A stretch of 26,299 nucleotides of DNA from a bacterium (GTDB lineage: Bacteria > Zhuqueibacterota > Zhuqueibacteria > Zhuqueibacterales > Zhuqueibacteraceae). Shown piece after piece: positions 16,397-24,940 of this stretch. The number at the start of each line of letters is the position of its first letter. The stretch's first letter is position 1. The stretch lies in contig JBIOXB010000171.1 of assembly GCA_044869275.1 (NCBI GenBank), positions 1 to 26,299 of the forward strand, in the 5' to 3' direction. Made by a program: the position numbers and the translations under genes. The notes beneath the pieces are model-generated. The model was not told where the DNA came from, made no database searches, and saw nothing but the letters and a program-made list of their open reading frames with translations.

Positions 16397-17638
16397 ATGA
16401 TCGCAGAAGTAATCGCCATCGGCGACGAATTGTTGATCGGACAAGTCACCAACACCAATGCCGCATGGCTGGGGGAGCAATTGAGCCATGCCGGTGTGGC
16501 GGTGAAATTCATGACCACCGTCGGCGACGAGCATGAGCATATTCGCGAATGCCTGCGCCTGGCGGTGCAACGCGCCGACGTCATCATCACCACCGGCGGC
16601 CTCGGCCCGACGCACGATGATATCACCAAAAAGGTGGTGGCGGATTTTTTCGAAGCCGGGCCGATGCAGTCCGACCCCAAAGTGCTGGCGCACGTGCAGG
16701 AGCTGTTCAAGCGCCGCAATCTGTTCATGACGCGCAACAACCAGGAACAGGCGCTCGTGCCTGCGCGCGCCAAAGTGTTGTGGAATGACATGGGCACGGC
16801 GCCGGGTTTGCTCTTTGAAAGAGACGGAAAATATTGCGCCGTGCTGCCCGGCATTCCCGCAGAAATGAAAAATATCATGCAGGAATCGGTTCTGCCTTTT
16901 CTGCGCGCGCGCGCCGGCGGAACCGTCATTCGCCATCGCACGATCAAAACCTACGGCGTCGCCGAATCGGCCTTGGCGGAAAAGCTGGCCCCGATCGCCG
17001 AAATCGAGCGATTCGGCAAACTGGCCTCACTGCCGAGTTTTCACGGGGTGAACTTGCGCCTCTCGGTCACCGGCCCCAGCGCGGAGGAAGTGCAGGAGCG
17101 CCTGGAGGCGGCCGAGAAAATTATCCTGGCGCGTGCCGGGAAGTATGTTTACGGCTTTGACCAGGAAACGATCGAAGAGATCATTGGCAGAAAACTGCGC
17201 GAGCGGCAAGAAACGCTGGCTGTGGCCGAGTCTTGCACGGGCGGATTGGTTGCCCATCGCTTGACCAATATCTCCGGCAGCTCGGATTATTTCATGCGCG
17301 GCTACGTGTCTTACAGCAATGCCGCCAAAATCGAATTGCTCGGCGTGCCGCCTGAAATCATCGAGAACCACGGCGCGGTCAGCGAAGCCTGCGCCCAAGC
17401 CATGGCCAAGGGCGTGCGGCAAAAAAGCGGCACGACTTATGGCCTGGCCACGACCGGCATCGCCGGTCCCACCGGCGGCACGCCGGAAAAACCCGTGGGT
17501 TTGGTGTGGACGGCTTTGGCCACGCCGGAGGCCGTGATTGCCAAGCACCTCATTTTTACAAACGATCGCTTGATCAATAAAGAAAGGTTCTCGCAATTGG
17601 CGCTGGGGACTTTGCATCAGGTTTTGCAGGCGCGCTGA
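16397..17638 (+). CDS. cinA: Competence/damage-inducible protein A (MoCF-like domain plus NMN deamidase PncC)
   Basis: IGDELLIG, GGLGPTHDDIT, AESCTGG, GAVS, TGIAGPTGG. Start at 16397. Confidence 0.95.
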   Translation: MIAEVIAIGDELLIGQVTNTNAAWLGEQLSHAGVAVKFMTTVGDEHEHIRECLRLAVQRADVIITTGGLGPTHDDITKKVVADFFEAGPMQSDPKVLAHVQELFKRRNLFMTRNNQEQALVPARAKVLWNDMGTAPGLLFERDGKYCAVLPGIPAEMKNIMQESVLPFLRARAGGTVIRHRTIKTYGVAESALAEKLAPIAEIERFGKLASLPSFHGVNLRLSVTGPSAEEVQERLEAAEKIILARAGKYVYGFDQETIEEIIGRKLRERQETLAVAESCTGGLVAHRLTNISGSSDYFMRGYVSYSNAAKIELLGVPPEIIENHGAVSEACAQAMAKGVRQKSGTTYGLATTGIAGPTGGTPEKPVGLVWTALATPEAVIAKHLIFTNDRLINKERFSQLALGTLHQVLQAR

Positions 17639-17687
17639 ACAATTGAGGTCGAGGCAGGGCTTCCCCCGAATTTGATGCCGTGCGCAT

Positions 17688-18290
17688 ATGAAACCGCCAG
17701 AAAAATCACCCGCGCGTGACATGATTCGCACTTTCATCGCGCTCGCGCTCGCAGCGGAAATCAAAAATGCGATCGCCGAATACTTGCAGCCCTTGGGGAA
17801 ACTGGCGAACGGCATCAGTTGGGCGAAAACTGAGAACCTGCATCTCACGCTCAAGTTTTTAGGCGACACGCCGGCCGCGCAAATTCCCGAGATTGGGGCA
17901 GCGCTCGACAGAATCTGCACGTCGTACGAGCCGGTGCGTGCCCAAATTTCGGGCAGCGGCGTTTTTCCGAATAAAAAGCATCCGCGCGTCATCTGGCTGG
18001 GCTTGAAGACGGAAACCGATCGCCTGGTCCAATTGGCCAAAGCAATCGACGCGGCGTGCGTGCGCTTTGGATTTCAATCCGAAATGCGTCCGTTTGCGCC
18101 GCATTTGACCGTTGGCCGCGTGCGTGCCGGCACGGCCAGCGCGGTTATTCAAAGAATGGAGGAGAATCTTTTTTCGAGCCCGGAAATGGTTTTTCATGAA
18201 TGTCTGTTTATGAAAAGCGAATTGCATCCGGCCGGATCGATCTACACGCCGTTGCAAAAAATTCCGTTTGCGCGTGTAACTGGGTGCTGA
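17688..18290 (+). CDS. thpR: RNA 2',3'-cyclic phosphodiesterase (2H family)
   Basis: RTFIAL, two HxT motifs (HLTLKFLG, PHLTVGR). Alternative start at 17721. Confidence 0.92.
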   Translation: MKPPEKSPARDMIRTFIALALAAEIKNAIAEYLQPLGKLANGISWAKTENLHLTLKFLGDTPAAQIPEIGAALDRICTSYEPVRAQISGSGVFPNKKHPRVIWLGLKTETDRLVQLAKAIDAACVRFGFQSEMRPFAPHLTVGRVRAGTASAVIQRMEENLFSSPEMVFHECLFMKSELHPAGSIYTPLQKIPFARVTGC

Positions 18291-18383
18291 AAAAGTCTCA
18301 AATCGGTTGGATTTGTCATTGGGTTTTCTGGATACCCGCTTTCGCGGGTATGACATCAAAAAGAGTTTTTCAGCATCCTGTTA
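18277..18383. mobile_element. MITE-like element with 21-bp imperfect TIRs and an internal REP-like hairpin
   Basis: TAACTGGGTGCTGAAAAAGTC versus the reverse complement TAACAGGATGCTGAAAAACTC (18/21 match). Inner ATACCCGC-TTTC-GCGGGTAT hairpin. Confidence 0.65.
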
Positions 18384-18519
18384 AAAGGCGTGAATAAATG
18401 TAAACGGATCCTGCGCATTGCCCGGTAAAGACAAAATGCCTTCATCCGTTTGCAAAAGCGCTCTGCGCGACAAAATTAACCCATGGTAACAAACCTCAAT
18501 CAAGAAAGAGGGGAAGACG

Positions 18520-19599
18520 GTGGAACGTGATGACAAACTGAAATCGCTGGATAGCGCGATGCAACAGATCGACCGCCAGTTCGGCAAAGGGTCGATCATG
18601 AAGCTCGGCGACCAGCGTGCCAAAGTGGCGATCGATACGATTTCCACGGGCTCAATCTCACTCGACGTTGCGCTCGGCGTCGGCGGCCTGCCGCGCGGCC
18701 GGATCATCGAAATCTTCGGGCCGGAGTCCAGCGGCAAAACCACACTGGCGCTGCACGTGATCGCGCAAGCGCAAAAGCGCGGCGGCCTGGCAGCGTTCAT
18801 CGATGCCGAGCATGCCCTGGATGCGATTTACGCGAAAAAGCTCGGTGTCGATATTGATAACTTGATCGTCTCGCAGCCCGACACCGGCGAGCAGGCATTG
18901 GAAATTACGGAAACGTTAGTACGCAGCGGCGCGCTCGACGTCATCGTCATCGACTCGGTGGCGGCGCTGGTGCCCAAGGCCGAAATCGAAGGCGAGATGG
19001 GCGACGCACAAATGGGCTTGCAGGCGCGCTTGATGAGCCAGGCCATGCGCAAGCTCGCGGGCACGATCAGCAAAACCAACGTGTGCACGATTTTTATCAA
19101 TCAGATTCGTGAAAAGATCGGCGTGCTTTTCGGCAGCCCGGAAACGACCACCGGCGGCCGCGCGTTAAAGTTTTACGCCTCGGTGCGCCTCGACATCCGG
19201 CGCATTGCTTCGATCAAGAACGGTGATGAAGCCACGGGCAACCGCACGAAAGTGAAAGTCGTCAAGAACAAAGTCGCGCCACCGTTCCGGGAAGTCGAAT
19301 TCGATCTCATGTACGGCAGCGGCATTTCGTATGAAGGCGACCTGGCCGATCTCGCCATTAATTTGGGTTTGATTGAAAAAAGCGGCACATGGTTCACGCT
19401 TGGGCAGGAACGCATGCAAGGCCGCGAGAATCTCAAAAAGTTCATGCTCGAAAATCCGGAAGTGACGAAAGAGCTGGATCTCAAAGTGCGCAAGGCTTCG
19501 GGCTTGAGCGTGAACGGCGCCGCCGCGGCCACCGCCGAATCGGATTCGAATAAAGAAGCAAAATCGAACAAGCCCAGACCGGCTGCGGCAAAAGCATGA
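18520..19599 (+). CDS. recA: Recombinase RecA
   Basis: [41 protein letters not shown] start with RBS GAGGGG. Confidence 0.99.
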   Translation: MERDDKLKSLDSAMQQIDRQFGKGSIMKLGDQRAKVAIDTISTGSISLDVALGVGGLPRGRIIEIFGPESSGKTTLALHVIAQAQKRGGLAAFIDAEHALDAIYAKKLGVDIDNLIVSQPDTGEQALEITETLVRSGALDVIVIDSVAALVPKAEIEGEMGDAQMGLQARLMSQAMRKLAGTISKTNVCTIFINQIREKIGVLFGSPETTTGGRALKFYASVRLDIRRIASIKNGDEATGNRTKVKVVKNKVAPPFREVEFDLMYGSGISYEGDLADLAINLGLIEKSGTWFTLGQERMQGRENLKKFMLENPEVTKELDLKVRKASGLSVNGAAAATAESDSNKEAKSNKPRPAAAKA

Positions 19600-20147
19600 A
19601 GCCGGGTTCTCGCCGCCGCGGCCGGGCGGAAGCGGCGGCACAATCGGAATTGTTTTCTGCCGAAAGTCCGGCGCGAGAGCTGCGCGCGGCGCTGGCCAAA
19701 GCTTATCGTTTGCTGGGCATGCGCGCGCGCAGTGAAAAAGAGCTGCACGCGGCGCTCGCGCGCACCGGTCATGCGGAGGAAGTGATCGCGCAAGTTCTGG
19801 AGACCTGCAAAGAAAAGCGTTTCATTGACGACGCCGATTTTGCAAAACAGTTCGTGCACAGCCGCCTGCGCCAGCGTCCCACCGGCCGTGCGCGATTGCA
19901 GGTCGAGCTGCAGCAAAAAGGCATAGCTGCGGACACCATTGCTGCGACGCTCGATGAAATTTTTGAGAGTTCGGAAATTACCACGCAATTGGCGGATCAG
20001 CTCGCGGAAAAGTTGCGCAAGCGGCTGGCCTCATTACCCGTGCCAAAAGCGCGGCAGCGCCTGGCCGATCATCTGCGCCGGCGAGGGTTTGATTGGGAGG
20101 TGATTCAGCAAACGAAGTTGTGGCGGGAATTGGAAAATGAAAATTGA
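19596..20147 (+). CDS. recX: Regulatory protein RecX
   Basis: [33 protein letters not shown] overlap with recA. Confidence 0.9.
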   Translation: MKPGSRRRGRAEAAAQSELFSAESPARELRAALAKAYRLLGMRARSEKELHAALARTGHAEEVIAQVLETCKEKRFIDDADFAKQFVHSRLRQRPTGRARLQVELQQKGIAADTIAATLDEIFESSEITTQLADQLAEKLRKRLASLPVPKARQRLADHLRRRGFDWEVIQQTKLWRELENEN

Positions 20148-20242
20148 TGGGGTCATTTGGCTGCAAGAAACCCAATCGCGCACTAATTTTGAGCGCCAGA
20201 GACATGGCTCGAAATGAGAAAAGACAATATGCCAAAAAGTAA
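20137..20242 (+). pseudogene. BrnT/DUF497-family toxin remnant (core deleted)
   Basis: N-terminal [11 protein letters not shown] (20137-20169) is joined out of frame to C-terminal KPNRALILSARDMARNEKRQYAKK* (to 20242). Confidence 0.75.
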
Positions 20243-20492
20243 ACCCTCAAAACTGCCGCGCTTCGAATCTCTCGACGAGCTCGTAGAGTTTTTTGACACT
20301 CACGACATGGGTGAATATTGGGAGGGGATGCCAAAGGCCTCTTTTGAAATCGACCTTAAGAAGAATACGCATTTCGTTTCTATTGAGGCCGGTTTAGCAG
20401 AAAGGCTCGCTCAGATCGCCAAGGCGCGGAGAATGCCTTCTGAACAGCTCGTCAATTTATGGTTAAAAGAAAAGATTCTGGAACACGCATAG
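20229..20492 (+). CDS. CopG/BrnA-like antitoxin (ribbon-helix-helix type)
   Basis: LPRFESLDELVEFFDTHDMGEYW...LVNLWLKEKI. Start overlaps the toxin remnant stop. Confidence 0.8.
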   Translation: MPKSKPSKLPRFESLDELVEFFDTHDMGEYWEGMPKASFEIDLKKNTHFVSIEAGLAERLAQIAKARRMPSEQLVNLWLKEKILEHA

Positions 20493-20593
20493 TTATTTCG
20501 TGTGACGGCTGTACTATTTAAGCAATGAAATTTTGTCTCAACGAGCATCGACAAAGATAGTTTATCTTCTCAACTTGTCACTCAGGAAGCCTC

Positions 20594-23197
20594 ATGAAGT
20601 CCAAGGAAGTCCGCCAGGCCTTTCTCGATTTTTTTAAGAGCAAGGGCCACACCATCGTGCCTTCGGCGCCGGTGATTCCGCTCAACGATCCCACGCTGCT
20701 GTTCACCAACGCCGGCATGAACCAATTCAAAAGCATTTTTCTCGGCCTGGAGACGCGTGATTATAAGCGCGTGGTCGATACGCAAAAGTGCATCCGCGTG
20801 AGCGGCAAGCATAATGATCTCGAAGACGTCGGTTTCGATACCTACCACCACACCTTTTTCGAGATGCTCGGCAACTGGTCGTTCGGCGATTATTACAAAG
20901 CCGAGGCGATCGAGTGGGCGTGGGAATTGCTCACCAAAATCTGGGGTTTGCCCGGCGATCGTTTATACGCGACCGTCTATAAAACCGATGACGAAGCGGC
21001 GGAGCTCTGGCCCAAAATTACCGGCATGCCCAAAAGCCGCGTGTTGCGCTTCGGCGAGAAGGAAAACTTTTGGGAGATGGGCGAAACCGGCCCCTGCGGA
21101 CCGTGCTCGGAAATTCACATCGATCTCACGCCCGACGGCTCCGGCGCGAATCTGGTCAACGCCGGCGATCCGCGCGTGATGGAAATCTGGAACCTCGTTT
21201 TTATTCAATACAATCGCGAGGCGGACAAGTCGCTCAAGGAATTGCCGGCGAAGCACGTCGATACCGGCATGGGCTTCGAGCGCGTGCTCGCGGTGATGAA
21301 TCGCGTGAGCTCCAATTACGACACCGATCTGTTTACGCCCATCATCGCCAAAGTCAGCGCGCTTTCCGGCAAAGGCTATGATTTTGAAAACGGCATGCCG
21401 CATCGCGTGCTCGCGGATCACATTCGCTGCCTGACCTTCGCCATTGCCGACGGCGCCCTGCCTTCGAACGAGGGGCGCGGCTACGTGCTGCGCCGCATTT
21501 TGCGCCGTGCCGCGCGTTTCGGCCGCAAGCTCGGCATGCACGAGCCGTTCATCTACAAGCTCGTGCCCGTGCTGGCAGACATCATGGCCGAGGCCTTCAC
21601 CGAGCTGAAAGAGAAGCATGAATACGTCAGCCGCGTGATCAAGGCGGAAGAAGAGAGCTTCAATCAAACGCTCGATCGCGGCTTGGAGATTTTCGAAGGC
21701 CTCGTCGGCAAAGTGCAATCCGAAAAAAGTAAAACCATTTCGGGCAATGACGCTTTCCGCCTGTACGACACTTTCGGCTTTCCGCTGGATCTGACGCAGC
21801 TCATGGCGCGCGAGCGCAATTTGTCCGTGGATGAGGCCGGCTTCAATATTGCGATGGACAAACAGCGCGACCAATCGCGCGCCGCAGGCACGTTCAAAAA
21901 TTTTGCCACCCTGCAGCCCGAAAGCTGGCGCGAACTGAGCAAGGGCAAGGCCTCGCGCTTTGTCGGTTATCAAGATCATGAAGCCGAAGCGGAGATTCGC
22001 CGCCTGCAGCAGGAAGAGGGCCGCGTGCTGCTCACACTTTCCGAGACGCCGTTTTATGCCGAATCCGGCGGGCAAGTTGGCGACAAGGGCGTGCTCAAAG
22101 GCGAGGGTTTCATCATCGACGTCATCGACACGCAAAAGGCCGGCTCGCATATCATTCACCTGGGCGCGCTGCGCGAAGGCAAAATCGAAAATCCGCGGGT
22201 GCTGGCGCAGATTGACCGGGAAGCACGGCTCGAGACCGCGCGTAACCACACCTCCACGCACTTGCTGCACCGCGCCCTGCGCGACCTCGTGGGCAAGCAC
22301 GTCACGCAAGCCGGTTCGCTGGTCGCGCCCGATCACCTGCGCTTCGACGTCACGCATTTCGAAAAAATCTCGCCGCTGCAATTGCAGGATCTCGAAGGCG
22401 CGGTCAATGAACAGATTCGCCTGGATTTGCCCGTCACCACCACGCAAATGCCCTACGACGAGGCGCGCAAGCTCGGCGCCATGGCCATCTTCGAAGAGAA
22501 ATACGGCGACATCGTGCGCGTGGTGAAAATCGGCGATTACTCCCTGGAGCTCTGCGGCGGCACCCATTTGCAGCACACCGGTGAAGCGGGCTTGTTCACG
22601 CTGTTGAGTGAGTCTTCGGCAGCTGCCGGCATTCGCCGCCTGGAAGCGGCGACCGGGAAAAGGTCCGAGCAATTGACGCGGCTGGAGCGCCAGGTCACCG
22701 AAAATCTGCGCGCGATGTTGAACGCCACGAATGAGGAATTGGCTGAGAAAGTGCGGGAGCTGGTGGAGCAGCGCAAACATCTCGAGCGCGAGCTGCGCAC
22801 CATGCGCTTGCAGCTGGCGCAAAAGGAACTTGCCGAACTCGCGGCACGCGCGGAACTACTTAACGGTTTCCGCGTGGTGGCTGCGGCCGTGCACGCGAGC
22901 GAGGCCGAGGACCTCAAGACCATGGGCGATTACCTGCGCGACAAGCTCGGCAGCGGCGTGGGCGTGCTCGCGGCGGTCACCGCGGGCAAGCTCAACTTCG
23001 TGTGTGTGGTTACCGATGATTTGATCAAGACCAAGAACCTCAAGGCGGGCGATCTCATCAAACGCGTCGCACAAATTGCCGGCGGTTCGGGCGGCGGCCG
23101 GCCGCATTTGGCAACTGCGGGAGGCAAAGAAGTGAGCCGTATGCACGAAGCGCTGGCCCGCGTGCCCGCTTTGGTGAAGGAGATGAGCCATAGCTAA
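20594..23197 (+). CDS. alaS: Alanine--tRNA ligase
   Basis: FTNAGMNQFK, HHTFFEMLGNWSFGDY, DTGMGFER, editing HTSTH and ELCGGTH, C-terminal GGGRP. Confidence 0.99.
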   Translation: MKSKEVRQAFLDFFKSKGHTIVPSAPVIPLNDPTLLFTNAGMNQFKSIFLGLETRDYKRVVDTQKCIRVSGKHNDLEDVGFDTYHHTFFEMLGNWSFGDYYKAEAIEWAWELLTKIWGLPGDRLYATVYKTDDEAAELWPKITGMPKSRVLRFGEKENFWEMGETGPCGPCSEIHIDLTPDGSGANLVNAGDPRVMEIWNLVFIQYNREADKSLKELPAKHVDTGMGFERVLAVMNRVSSNYDTDLFTPIIAKVSALSGKGYDFENGMPHRVLADHIRCLTFAIADGALPSNEGRGYVLRRILRRAARFGRKLGMHEPFIYKLVPVLADIMAEAFTELKEKHEYVSRVIKAEEESFNQTLDRGLEIFEGLVGKVQSEKSKTISGNDAFRLYDTFGFPLDLTQLMARERNLSVDEAGFNIAMDKQRDQSRAAGTFKNFATLQPESWRELSKGKASRFVGYQDHEAEAEIRRLQQEEGRVLLTLSETPFYAESGGQVGDKGVLKGEGFIIDVIDTQKAGSHIIHLGALREGKIENPRVLAQIDREARLETARNHTSTHLLHRALRDLVGKHVTQAGSLVAPDHLRFDVTHFEKISPLQLQDLEGAVNEQIRLDLPVTTTQMPYDEARKLGAMAIFEEKYGDIVRVVKIGDYSLELCGGTHLQHTGEAGLFTLLSESSAAAGIRRLEAATGKRSEQLTRLERQVTENLRAMLNATNEELAEKVRELVEQRKHLERELRTMRLQLAQKELAELAARAELLNGFRVVAAAVHASEAEDLKTMGDYLRDKLGSGVGVLAAVTAGKLNFVCVVTDDLIKTKNLKAGDLIKRVAQIAGGSGGGRPHLATAGGKEVSRMHEALARVPALVKEMSHS

Positions 23198-24080
23198 TCC
23201 GCCCGCACACTGGCGCAACCCGGCGCTTTCCGCGACGGATCTTGCCTCCGCACTGGAAAGCGAACGGACAGACGGACGTCTGCAGACGCCGGTTTTCGAG
23301 CGGCTGCGGGCGACGTGTGCGTCGCAGCGCGCGGGATATTGGGTGTTGATCGACCCCGATAAATGGGAGCTTAACCAGCTTGCCGAAATAGCGGCCGCGG
23401 CGGGTGAGAGTGGCGCGGATGCCATTCTCATTGGCGGCAGCCTGCTGCTCACTGCGAATTTCGATGACGTGGTGCAAACCATTCGCACTGCCGCCCAGGT
23501 GCCGTGCCTCATTTTTCCGGGCAGTGCATTGCAAATCTCGCGCTATGCCGATGCGATTTTGTTTCTGTCATTGGTGAGCGGGCAGAATCCGAATTATCTT
23601 ATCGGCGAGCAAATCAAGGCCGCACCGTTGATCAAGCATCTTGGGCTCGAATCGATTCCCACGGGTTACATGCTGATCGAATCCGGCCGGGTCACGGCTG
23701 CGGAATTCATGAGCCACACGCGGCCGATTCCCCGCGACAAAGACGACATTGCCAAAGCCACCGCGCTCGCCGCCGAGTATTTGGGCATGAAGCTGATCTA
23801 TCTCGAAGCCGGCAGCGGCGCGCAGCATCCCGTGCCGCTCGATATGATTCGCGCGGTGGCGGCATACATCAACGCGCCCGTGATCGCCGGCGGCGGCGTG
23901 CGCACACCCGACTGGGCCGCGCAATGCGTGGAAGCCGGCGCCTCGTTTGTCGTCACCGGAAATGTCTTGGAAAAATCCGAGGGGATATCTCCGGGTCAAT
24001 TCTCCCCGACGAACCTCAACCTGATGCGCAGCTTTGCACAAGCTATACACAATGCCAGAAGGCCGGTTTCAGCTTTTTAA
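23190..24080 (+). CDS. Geranylgeranylglyceryl phosphate synthase (PcrB/GGGPS family, group II-like); start uncertain
   Basis: VLIDPDK, ILIGGS, LIFPG, FLSLVSGQNPNYLIG, PTGYMLIESG, YLEAGSGA, GGGVR. The frame is open back to ATA at 23190, and GTG 23343 lies inside the conserved first strand. Confidence 0.88.
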   Translation: MANPPAHWRNPALSATDLASALESERTDGRLQTPVFERLRATCASQRAGYWVLIDPDKWELNQLAEIAAAAGESGADAILIGGSLLLTANFDDVVQTIRTAAQVPCLIFPGSALQISRYADAILFLSLVSGQNPNYLIGEQIKAAPLIKHLGLESIPTGYMLIESGRVTAAEFMSHTRPIPRDKDDIAKATALAAEYLGMKLIYLEAGSGAQHPVPLDMIRAVAAYINAPVIAGGGVRTPDWAAQCVEAGASFVVTGNVLEKSEGISPGQFSPTNLNLMRSFAQAIHNARRPVSAF

Positions 24081-24101
24081 TATGGAGTCACAGGACAGGA
24101 A

Positions 24102-24908
24102 ATGATTGATTTGCATTCGCATTTATTGCCGGGCATCGATGACGGTTCGGAGGATTGGGAAGAATCAATGGAAATGGCGCAGCAGGCGCTGAAGTCAGGC
24201 ACCACCGAAGTGCTGATTACCCACCACATTCTCGACAATACGTACTACAAGCTCGAAGCCGAAATTCTCGCCAAATACGCGAACTTGCAGCGGCGCCTGG
24301 CGGAGGCGCAGATGCCGTTGAAACTGCATCTGGCCAGCGAGATTTATTATCAGCCGGAGATGGATCTCTCCCACCGCATTGCCACGTTTAACGACAATGG
24401 CCGTTATTTTCTGGTGGAGTTTCCCATGCAGGGCATTCCGCGCGGCGTGGATGACGTGTTTTTCCAGCTTATTTTGAACGGCAAGGTTCCCATCATCGCA
24501 CATCCGGAAAGAAATTTTGGCCTGCTGAAAAATCCCCAGCGCGCGTATGATTTCGTGCAGCGTGGCTGTTTGCTGCAGATGAACTCCGGCAGCCTGGAGG
24601 GCAAATACGGCGAAGGCGTGAAAGCGCTGGCCATTGCGCTGATGAACAGCCGCTTGATCCATTTCGTCGGCAGCGACGGCCACAATGCGCGGCGCCGGCC
24701 GTTGCGCATCGGGCAGATTTACAAAACCGTGTGCGAGTTGTGGGGTGAAGACCTGGGCCGCAAGCTCTTCTCCGAAAACGCGCGCCTGGCCCTGGCCGGC
24801 AAGGAAATCAAGGTCCCCGAGCCTTTGCCCGTCGAAGCCGTGCGCCAGCGCTCTTCCTTCAGCCCGTTGAATTTGTTCAGGAAGCTGCTGGCGAAGAGCG
24901 GGGTGTGA
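24102..24908 (+). CDS. CpsB/CapC/YwqE-family PHP tyrosine-protein phosphatase
   Basis: MIDLHSHLLPGIDDGS, IAHPERN, GSDGHN. Confidence 0.92.
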   Translation: MIDLHSHLLPGIDDGSEDWEESMEMAQQALKSGTTEVLITHHILDNTYYKLEAEILAKYANLQRRLAEAQMPLKLHLASEIYYQPEMDLSHRIATFNDNGRYFLVEFPMQGIPRGVDDVFFQLILNGKVPIIAHPERNFGLLKNPQRAYDFVQRGCLLQMNSGSLEGKYGEGVKALAIALMNSRLIHFVGSDGHNARRRPLRIGQIYKTVCELWGEDLGRKLFSENARLALAGKEIKVPEPLPVEAVRQRSSFSPLNLFRKLLAKSGV

Positions 24909-24940
24909 AAGGATAATATTCTTAGGAAATATAATACTCT

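Noticed and set aside
18385..18519. LexA/SOS box upstream of recA
   Set aside because: No known SOS-box consensus or convincing palindrome was identified.
20963..22822. 619-aa antisense ORF, and similar shadows opposite cinA, recA, dnaX and gltX
   Set aside because: These are antisense shadows of GC-rich genes with strong codon bias and have no recognisable motifs.
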